Assembly (NCBI GenBank): GCA_021325515.1
Contig: JAJPHC010000001.1
Location: 68,248-132,247 of the forward strand
Direction of reading: 5' to 3'
Length of the DNA: 64,000 bases
Origin: Acidobacteriota bacterium
GTDB lineage: Bacteria > Acidobacteriota > Thermoanaerobaculia > Gp7-AA8
Part shown: positions 16,127 through 23,138 of the stretch, piece by piece
Layout: the number at the start of each line of letters is the position of its first letter
Numbering within the stretch: position 1 is the stretch's first letter
Notes under the pieces: generated by a model
What the model was told of the DNA's origin: nothing
What the model saw: only the letters and a program-made list of their open reading frames with translations
Databases searched by the model: none
Program-made: the position numbers and the translations under genes

Positions 16127-17970
16127 GCAAGATACAGCCGCCTGCCGCTCTTCCCGCGTGGGCCGACGATCTTCGCAAGCGCTATCTGCGCGGCGAGTCG
16201 TCGATGTTCGTGCTGCACGGCAACGTCTTCGATGTCGTGCTCTATCAGCAGAAGCCGCTGACGATGAGCGAGTTTCTGACGCAGGTGCTGCTGAGGGAAT
16301 CGCGCGACACGATCGCCGTCTACAACGTCGCGACCGGGCTGCGGCTGACGAAGCGGACCGGCAGCGGCGCGCCGGGACTCGACAACGCGATTCTCGAGTC
16401 GGAGTCGAGCAAGATTCTCAGCGCGTGCGAGACGGCGCTCATCGGCTCGATGCGCTGCGCGGTGATCATCGAATACGCCGAGGCGATCGCGCCGGGCGGC
16501 GATCCGAGCTTTCAGAGCTCGAGCGATCGCTCCGCAATCGTCACGCTGCATCGCTGGTCGCTGCTGCCGGAGATCGAGAAGGGCGACAACATCATCATTC
16601 TCGTCACCGAGAACCTCACCGATCTCGCGCCGAAGATCATCTCCAATCCGAAGATCGCGGTCATCGAAGTGCCGATGCCGGATCGGAGCGAGCGGCGGAA
16701 CGCGGCGACGCTCGCCGACAATCGGCTCGCCGCGGCGGAAGCGGATCGCTACGCAGAACTGACGGCCGGATTGAAGTCGGTGCAGATCATCTCGATCCTC
16801 ACGCCGCCGCCCGCGCAGGACAGCGATGCGGCAGACCGCGAGCGGTTCATTCTCTCGCTCCTCGGCGATGCGGCGGATTCGAAGGAGCGCGCCTCGAAGC
16901 TCGCGTCGCTGACCAGCGGCATGGGCTACGAAGAGATCCGCAAGCTCGTCGCGCCGAATGCGGCGGCGCCGGCGGCAGAGGATGGCGCGGCGCGAAAGGA
17001 AATCGACAAGCTGATCGCGCGGCGCAAGCGCGAGATTCTCGAGCGCGAATGCTTCAGCCTCGTCGAGTTCGTCCAGCCGGAGCACGGCTTCGAAGTCGTC
17101 GGCGGCATGGAGGAAGTGAAGAAGGATCTGCTGGTGCTCGCCGAAAATCTGCGCGAGCAAAGGACCGCACGCGTCCCCATGGGCATCCTCTTCACCGGCC
17201 CGATGGGCACAGGCAAGACGTTCGTTGCGGAAGCTTTCGCGCGCGAATGCGGCGTGACCGCGATCAAGCTGAAGAACTTCCGCTCCAAGTGGGTCGGCGC
17301 GACCGAAGGCAATCTCGAGAAAATCCTGAACGTCGTGAAAGCGATCGGCCAGGTCGTGGTGATCATCGATGAAGGCGATCGCGCCTTCGGCAGCGGAGAA
17401 GGGGAGAGCGACGGCGGAACGTCGTCGCGCGTCATCGCGCGCGTCAAGGAGTTCATGTCCGACACGTCGAACCGCGGACGCATTCTCTTCATCGTGATGA
17501 CGAATCGCCCCGACAAGCTCGATGTCGATCTGAAGCGCGCCGGCCGCCTCGATCGCAAGATCCCGTTCCTCTACTCGCAGACGCCCGAGGAAGTCGAGGG
17601 TGTGGCGAAGGCGCTGGTGAAGAAGAACCGCATCAACACCGCCGTCGACTTCCCGTCGATCCGCCACGGCTTCTCGAGCAAGCTCGTCGGCTACAGCAAT
17701 GCGGATGTCGAAGCAGTCGTGCTGATGGCGAACGATGATGCGGCGCGGCAGGGCGGCGGCGATTCACCGGTGAAAGAGGAGCACTTCCTCGGCGCTGCAC
17801 GCGACTACTTCCCGAGCCGCGATGTCGAGCTGCTCGAGTACATGGAGCTGCTCGCGGTCTTCGAGGCCTCGAGCAGGAGGCTGCTGCCGCCGAAGTACGC
17901 GGCGATGACGGTGGAAGAGCTGGACACGAGAATGCGGCAACTGCGCGCACTTGTGGGAACCCGGCGGTAA
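16123..17970 (+). CDS. AAA+ ATPase with a ~330-aa N-terminal domain of unrecognised family (AAA2)
   Basis: ORF 15787..17970 trimmed to GTG 16123 ([37 protein letters not shown]), which overlaps the ABC ATPase TGA (TTGTGAGC). Walker A GPMGTGKT, Walker [12 protein letters not shown]-like [19 protein letters not shown]. Confidence 0.8.
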   Translation: MSKIQPPAALPAWADDLRKRYLRGESSMFVLHGNVFDVVLYQQKPLTMSEFLTQVLLRESRDTIAVYNVATGLRLTKRTGSGAPGLDNAILESESSKILSACETALIGSMRCAVIIEYAEAIAPGGDPSFQSSSDRSAIVTLHRWSLLPEIEKGDNIIILVTENLTDLAPKIISNPKIAVIEVPMPDRSERRNAATLADNRLAAAEADRYAELTAGLKSVQIISILTPPPAQDSDAADRERFILSLLGDAADSKERASKLASLTSGMGYEEIRKLVAPNAAAPAAEDGAARKEIDKLIARRKREILERECFSLVEFVQPEHGFEVVGGMEEVKKDLLVLAENLREQRTARVPMGILFTGPMGTGKTFVAEAFARECGVTAIKLKNFRSKWVGATEGNLEKILNVVKAIGQVVVIIDEGDRAFGSGEGESDGGTSSRVIARVKEFMSDTSNRGRILFIVMTNRPDKLDVDLKRAGRLDRKIPFLYSQTPEEVEGVAKALVKKNRINTAVDFPSIRHGFSSKLVGYSNADVEAVVLMANDDAARQGGGDSPVKEEHFLGAARDYFPSRDVELLEYMELLAVFEASSRRLLPPKYAAMTVEELDTRMRQLRALVGTRR

Positions 17971-17989
17971 GACGCGCAAAACGCCAGGT

Positions 17990-18107
17990 CAATTCTCAAT
18001 TCTTCATTTTGCGCTCTGCGTTCTGCATTTCGCTCGCGTCTTCTTCAACGAGAGTCAAAAGCGAAATTCAGAATTCAGACTTCAGAATTCAGAATGAAGA
18101 ATGAAGG
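17990..18107. repeat. AT-rich imperfect hairpin whose arms are six tandem heptamers each
   Basis: Left arm: caattct caattct tcatttt gcgctct gcgttct gcatttc (17990-18031). Right arm: gaaattc agaattc agacttc agaattc agaatga agaatga (18063-18104). The arms are roughly reverse-complementary (4-6 of 7 per heptamer). Starts 20 nt after the AAA2 stop. Confidence 0.7.
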
Positions 18108-18175
18108 CGGGAACGTTGTTGGCGGACGGTGCATCCATTCTGAAGAAATTGGGGCATCGCCAGTGGTACGATTCC

Positions 18176-18268
18176 CCCTGCAGCAGGACGCCTGGGGGTG
18201 GCCTAACGGCCTGAGATCAAACCCTTCGAACCTGACCCGGCTCATACCGGCGTAGGGAACGGCAGATC
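18176..18268 (+). promoter_or_regulatory. TPP (THI-box) riboswitch
   Basis: GGGGGUGGCCUAACGGCCUGAGAUCAAACCCUUCGAACCUGACCCGGCUCAUACCGGCGUAGGGAAC matches the conserved CUGAGA ... ACCCUU.GAACCUGA.C.GG.U.AUACC.GCG.AGGGAA core. Lies ~55 nt upstream of the TonB-dependent receptor ATG. Outer boundaries are approximate. Confidence 0.85.
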
Positions 18269-18323
18269 AGATCGAAACCTTCTCACCAGCGCCCTCTGGA
18301 AAAACTTCGTTGAAGAGGTTTCC

Positions 18324-20585
18324 ATGAAGGCATTCACCGCAGTTCTCACATTCCTTTTCACCGCGGCTCTGCACGCGGCGACGGTTCGCGGCGTGATCAA
18401 GGATGCGGCCGGAGCCCCGGTTGCCGGAGCGCTCGTCTCCTGCGGCTCGATGCACGCATCGAGTGACGCGAAGGGGATGTTCATCCTCGAACAGGCGGAT
18501 TGCGCGAATCTCGAGATCGCGCATCCCGGCTTTCAAAGCGCGAGTGTTGCGGCGGCCGCAGACGTCGCCGTGACGATGCGGCCCGCGCTCGCGGAATCGA
18601 TCGTCGTCTCCGGCATTCGCGCGGACGCCACGGTTCCCGTCACCAGGACCGACATGCCGCGCGAAGAAATCGAGCAGCGTTACTACCAGCAGGACATTCC
18701 GCTCCTGCTGCGCGACACGCCATCCGTCGACTCCTACACGGAAGCCGGCGTCGGCGGATCGGGCTACTCGTACTTCACGCTGCGCGGCATCAGTCCCACG
18801 CGCCTCAACTTCACGCTCGACGGCGTGCCGCTGGCGGACTCCGAAGACATGGGGACGTACTTCGCCGACTTTCCGGATCTCGCGCGCTCGCTGCAGTCGA
18901 TTCAGGTGCAGCGCGGAGTTGGGACGTCGACGGTGGGCAACGCCTCGTTCGGCGGCTCGATCAACATGCAGTCGATCGATCTGTCGCAGAGCGAGAAGAT
19001 GGATGCGCGCATCGCCGGCGGGTCGTACGGCTCGCATTTCGCCACGATCGGCTGGCAGAGCGGATTCCACGACGGGTTCGCCGCCTATCTGCGCGCATCG
19101 GCGAACGAATCGGACGGATATCGCGATCACAGCGGCGCGAATCAGCGCAACCTCTTCTTCAGCGTTGCGAAGCAGAATGAGGATTCCCAGCTCCGCCTCA
19201 CCGGATTCTCAGGCCACGAGCGCCAGCACATGTCCTTCTACGCGGCGGACCTCGCGACGCTGGAGACGAACATCCGCGCGAATCCGCTGTCGCCCGAGGA
19301 TCGGGACAGCTTCGGCTACGACCTGGCGCAGCTTCAGTATCTGAAGTCGCTCTCGCCGTCGATGGACATGACGGCGTCGGTCTACTACCAGCGCGGCTAT
19401 GGCTGGTACCGCCTCTTCGATGACGAGACGGCGAAGAGCGGCATGCGCCAGTACGGCATCGACGGCGCGCTGATCGGCACGCTGGCGTCCTTCAGTTGGA
19501 CGAGCGGACCGTTGACGGCGAAGTACGGTCTCAACGTCAACGAGTTCAAGCGGACGCACACGCGCGATCTCGTCGGCGTGCAGCGCGACTACTCCAACTA
19601 CGGCACGAAGGGCGAGGCGAACGTCTTCGCGAAGCTCTCGTACGACCGCGGCCGCTGGCACACCTACGGCGACGCACAGGTGCGCTACACGAATTTTCAC
19701 TATCACGGCGATGTCGCGATCGCGCCGATTCACTGGACGTTCTTCAATCCGAAGCTCGGCGCGCGCTATGACCTCGCGCCGGGGTCCAGCATCTACGCAT
19801 CCGCCGGCATCTCGACGCGCGAACCGACGCGCAACGATCTCTTCCAGGGGGAGGACAACGCGACCGTCGCGCACGATCTGCACGCCGTGCGCCCCGAGCG
19901 GCTGCTCGACCTCGAAGCAGGCTGGGACTATCACGATGCGCGTCTCGATCTGAAGGCGAACGTCTACGCGATGGAGTTCCGCCATGAGATCGCGTCGACC
20001 GGCGAGCTCTCCGACATCGGCCTGCTGCTGCGCAGGAATGTCGATCGCAGCGATCGGCGCGGCATCGAGCTCGATGCAGCATGGCAGCCGGTGCGCAGCG
20101 TTCATCTCCGCACGACCGCGAACCTCAGCACGAATCGCATCCACACCTGGACGCAGTTCTACGACGTCTACGATGAGGCGGGAGCGTATCTCGAGAGCAA
20201 GCCGCTCGTCTTTCACGACGTGCAGCCGGTGCTGACGCCGCGCGCGATCCTCAGCCAGTCGATCGATGTGACGCCAACATCGCGCACCTCGCTCGGACTC
20301 ACCGGCCGTTACGTCGCGAAGTCGTATCTAGACAACAGCGACAACGCGGACTTCATCGCGCCGTCGTTTTTCGTGGTCGACGCAAACGCCGGCCTCGATG
20401 TGACGTCGCAGATTCGCGTTTCGCTGCAGGTGAACAATCTCGCGAACCGCCATCGCATTTTCTCCAGCGGCTACGACTATCTCTTCATCAATCGAACCGG
20501 AACGAGCGAGACGATCAGCGGCACTCCGTACTACTACCCGCAGGCGTCGCGCAACGCGGTCGTCATGATCGATTTCAAGATGTAG
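18324..20585 (+). CDS. TonB-dependent outer-membrane receptor (N-terminal carboxypeptidase-regulatory-like domain, plug, barrel)
   Basis: Signal peptide MKAFTAVLTFLFTAALHA, plug motifs (FTLRGISPTRLNFTLDGVPL), and a 753-aa beta-rich sequence ending VVMIDFKM. Confidence 0.85.
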   Translation: MKAFTAVLTFLFTAALHAATVRGVIKDAAGAPVAGALVSCGSMHASSDAKGMFILEQADCANLEIAHPGFQSASVAAAADVAVTMRPALAESIVVSGIRADATVPVTRTDMPREEIEQRYYQQDIPLLLRDTPSVDSYTEAGVGGSGYSYFTLRGISPTRLNFTLDGVPLADSEDMGTYFADFPDLARSLQSIQVQRGVGTSTVGNASFGGSINMQSIDLSQSEKMDARIAGGSYGSHFATIGWQSGFHDGFAAYLRASANESDGYRDHSGANQRNLFFSVAKQNEDSQLRLTGFSGHERQHMSFYAADLATLETNIRANPLSPEDRDSFGYDLAQLQYLKSLSPSMDMTASVYYQRGYGWYRLFDDETAKSGMRQYGIDGALIGTLASFSWTSGPLTAKYGLNVNEFKRTHTRDLVGVQRDYSNYGTKGEANVFAKLSYDRGRWHTYGDAQVRYTNFHYHGDVAIAPIHWTFFNPKLGARYDLAPGSSIYASAGISTREPTRNDLFQGEDNATVAHDLHAVRPERLLDLEAGWDYHDARLDLKANVYAMEFRHEIASTGELSDIGLLLRRNVDRSDRRGIELDAAWQPVRSVHLRTTANLSTNRIHTWTQFYDVYDEAGAYLESKPLVFHDVQPVLTPRAILSQSIDVTPTSRTSLGLTGRYVAKSYLDNSDNADFIAPSFFVVDANAGLDVTSQIRVSLQVNNLANRHRIFSSGYDYLFINRTGTSETISGTPYYYPQASRNAVVMIDFKM

Positions 20586-20591
20586 CCGCCG

Positions 20592-21155
20592 ATGTCCGGT
20601 CTCGAAGTCTTTGCAGCATTCATCACCGTCGTCAGCATCGTGCTGACGGCGGTGGAGAACATCTGGTGCTGGCCGACGGGCGTGGTGAGCGTCGTGCTGT
20701 ATGCGTGGATCTTCTGGCAGGCGCGCTTCTATGCGAATGCCTGGCTGCAGATCGTCGTCTTTCTGCCGCTGATCCTCTACGGCTGGTACGCCTGGCTGCG
20801 CGGCGGTGAGGCTCATGGCGAGCTGCGCGTCGCGCGCACGCCGTTGTGGGGATGGATCGCCACGATCGTTCTCGGTGCCGCGGCGACGGCCGCGACCGCA
20901 TGGTGGATGAAGGTCCACACCGACGCGGTGATGCCGCTGGCCGACGCCGGCACGACCGCGTTCTCGATCGTGGCCGAGGCGATGACGGCGCGGAAGTGGA
21001 TCGAGAACTGGCTGATCTGGGTCGTCGTGGATGCCGTCTCGACGTGGATGTTCGTCACGCAGAGGCTCTATCCGAGCGCGGTGCTGTACGGGATCTTCGT
21101 GCCGCTGGCGGTGTATGGATGGATCGAATGGAAGCGATCACTCGCGTCTGCCTGA
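20592..21155 (+). CDS. PnuC-family transporter (PnuT-like, given the TPP riboswitch context)
   Basis: 187 aa, ~7 TM. Has PnuC-like features (VENIWCWPTGVVSVVLYAWIFWQARFYANAWLQIVVFLPLILYGWYAW). Starts 6 nt after the receptor stop. Confidence 0.75.
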   Translation: MSGLEVFAAFITVVSIVLTAVENIWCWPTGVVSVVLYAWIFWQARFYANAWLQIVVFLPLILYGWYAWLRGGEAHGELRVARTPLWGWIATIVLGAAATAATAWWMKVHTDAVMPLADAGTTAFSIVAEAMTARKWIENWLIWVVVDAVSTWMFVTQRLYPSAVLYGIFVPLAVYGWIEWKRSLASA

Positions 21156-21646
21156 TCGGCCCGCCGTCGACGGGGAAGAGCGGGCTCGCGCGCGCGCTGG
21201 CGCGGCATTTCGGCGTGCAGTGGACGCCGGAGTTCGCGCGCGACTACGCGAAGGTGGTCGGGCGCGAGCTGACGGCGGAGGACGTGGGGCCGATCGCCGC
21301 CGGCCAGGCCGCGATCGAGAATCGCTGCAGCGGCAGCCTTCGCATTCTCGACACCGATCTGCTGAGCACCGTCGTCTATGCGCGCTTCTACTACGGCGCG
21401 TGTCCGCGATGGATCGAAGACCAGGCACGGCAGCGCCGCGCCGATCTCTATCTGCTGATGGATATCGATCTGCCGTTCATAGAAGACGGCGTGCGCGACA
21501 GCGGCGAGCGGCGTGCCGAGCTCTTCGACCGATTCCGCGCCGCGCTCGAGGAGTTCGGGGCCGAATACCGCGTCATCAGCGGCAACTGGGAGGAGAGAAA
21601 AAGGCAGGCCCTCGCCGCGATTCCCGTGTCCTATGCCGCGCGGTAA
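21119..21646 (+). CDS. P-loop kinase-like ATPase, NadR C-terminal (ribosylnicotinamide kinase)/AAA_28-like
   Basis: ORF 20846..21646 trimmed to ATG 21119 or 21128 (MEAITRVCLIGPPSTGKSGLARALA). Walker A GPPSTGKS, Walker-B-like ILDTD. Overlaps the end of the PnuC-family gene. Confidence 0.65.
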   Translation: MDRMEAITRVCLIGPPSTGKSGLARALARHFGVQWTPEFARDYAKVVGRELTAEDVGPIAAGQAAIENRCSGSLRILDTDLLSTVVYARFYYGACPRWIEDQARQRRADLYLLMDIDLPFIEDGVRDSGERRAELFDRFRAALEEFGAEYRVISGNWEERKRQALAAIPVSYAAR

Positions 21647-21652
21647 TCGCTC
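21631..21652 (+). repeat. left copy of a 22-nt direct repeat CTAYGCCGCGCGGTAATCGCTC
   Basis: ctatgccgcgcggtaatcgctc here versus ctacgccgcgcggtaatcgctc at 30937-30958: 21/22 identical with an 18-nt exact core, in the same orientation. Spans the kinase stop codon. Confidence 0.6.
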
Positions 21653-21908
21653 GGCCACGAAGTGATGCTCTCCGCAGATGAGGACAGGGCGGTGGAACGC
21701 GTGAGCTCAGGACGACGATGGCCATCGCCGGGCGTGGGTGGGTGGGGATCCCAGCGCCGATCGCATTAATCGCGCGGATGAATGCGATCGCGTGGCAATC
21801 ATCCGGCCACGAGCGCCCTTTGAATAAATCCGCAGCAGACGCGCATCGCCGACATCAGCGTAAGAGCACGATAGCCGTTACCGTGATCGCGACGATCGTG
21901 AGCAATAG

Positions 21909-22470
21909 CGCTCCAATCATCCGCAGCATGCCGTTGTTTTCTGCGTCGACGAGAAGACAGCCATTCAGGCCCTGGACCGACTCGATCCCGTACTGCCGTT
22001 CTCACCGGGGCGACTTGAACGCCACGGATTCGAGTACTTCCGACATGGAACACTTTCTCTCTACGCAGCGCTCAATACAAAATCGGGAGAGGTCATCGGC
22101 AAGACGGCAGCACGTCACACCAGCGAAGAGTTCGTCGCCTTTCTTTTATCCGTCGTGTCGTCGAAGCCGAAAGGTAAAGAAATCCACATCATTCTGGACA
22201 GTCTCTCGGCTCACAAAACCGACGCGTGAAGCAGTTCATGGTCGACTCCGAACGTAACTCTGCATTACACGCCCACGTACTCGTCGTGGCTTAATCAAGT
22301 GGAGATCTGGTTCAGCAAAATCGAGCGCGACGTGATCAGTCGGGGTGTCTTCACATCGATACCGGATCTACGCGGCAAACTGATGACCTACATCACCCGC
22401 TACAACGATCAACCACGGACGATTCGCTGGAGCTACGTCGACGTCTCCAAACGGATCACCGGTCCCAAAC
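21909..22470 (+). pseudogene. IS630-family transposase remnant (5'-truncated, disrupted)
   Basis: Frame-0 translation reads ..NHPQHAVVFCVDEKTAIQALDRLDPVLPFSPGRLERHGFEYFRHGTLSLYAALNTKSGEVIGKTAARHTSEEFVAFLLSVVSSKPKGKEIHIILDSLSAHKTDA*. TGA falls at 22227-22229. A locally shifted stretch (VKQFMVD in another frame) follows, then ..PNVTLHYTPTYSSWLNQVEIWFSKIERDVISRGVFTSIPDLRGKLMTYITRYNDQPRTIRWSY. There is no N-terminal HTH region. Ends are approximate. Confidence 0.8.
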
Positions 22471-22487
22471 AAATCTTTTACACGCCA

Positions 22488-23138
22488 CTAGTTCTTCGCA
22501 GCCTCACGTCTACACACGTTGACAAAATTCTTCGTCCACTTGAGCAGACTGTTATTGCGTTGATCGACACCCGAATCGTACATAGACATTGTGAAGGCGT
22601 TCATTGGTGCGACGGCGGCGATGTCATAACGCGTGATGTCAAGATACAGGCCAGGCTGCGGCGCGACTTGAACACACAGCTGCTTTAGACGGGCTAACTG
22701 CACGCGGAGCGTATGGGAGTCCGACAGGTGAATCGTTTTAGTTTTGAGGAGCTTGACCATTTCCTGTTTCGAGAGGTGCGTGTCTGTCATCGTTCGAATC
22801 TGGGCGAAAAGAGAATCGCCAACCGGCACGCTGAATTCGACTTCGACAGCGTTGGAGTCAAACTCCTTCACAACTATGTACGTCTCAAAATCGGTCGACT
22901 GTGGCGGAATCACACGGATAACAAACATGCGCCTCAGGGCTCCCCCAGAGGGAAACGCCGGCGATTCGGGCCAAAGCATATCTATGGTGCAAGACGGTAT
23001 GTCGGGACATTCCCTAGCTAGAGCTGCAGAGCACAGAAACAAGTGCGACAGCAGAAGCGCCGCAGAGATACTCCGCCTGCCTCTCGACGCAGCGCACCGA
23101 AGCCACCTTCTCAGACAACAGATCACTGACATGCGCAC
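22488..23138 (-). CDS. hypothetical exported protein; candidate immunity protein for the Rhs C-terminal toxin
   Basis: 216-aa ORF whose ATG (23138) overlaps the last 16 nt of the Rhs gene. Signal-peptide-like RRSISAALLLSHLFLCSAALA-RE. Low GC (28/60 in 22501-22560). I recognise no family, and the start codon is uncertain. Confidence 0.55.
   Translation of the reverse strand: MRMSVICCLRRWLRCAASRGRRSISAALLLSHLFLCSAALARECPDIPSCTIDMLWPESPAFPSGGALRRMFVIRVIPPQSTDFETYIVVKEFDSNAVEVEFSVPVGDSLFAQIRTMTDTHLSKQEMVKLLKTKTIHLSDSHTLRVQLARLKQLCVQVAPQPGLYLDITRYDIAAVAPMNAFTMSMYDSGVDQRNNSLLKWTKNFVNVCRREAAKN

Noticed and set aside
16057-17667. 536-aa minus-strand ORF antisense to AAA2
   Set aside because: Arg/Asp-rich with no motifs. 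The plus strand carries clear Walker A/B motifs.
22299-22688. 129-aa ORF in the supplied track
   Set aside because: Its first ~55 residues are the C-terminus of the decayed IS630 transposase. The remainder is read-through overlapping the minus-strand immunity-candidate ORF.
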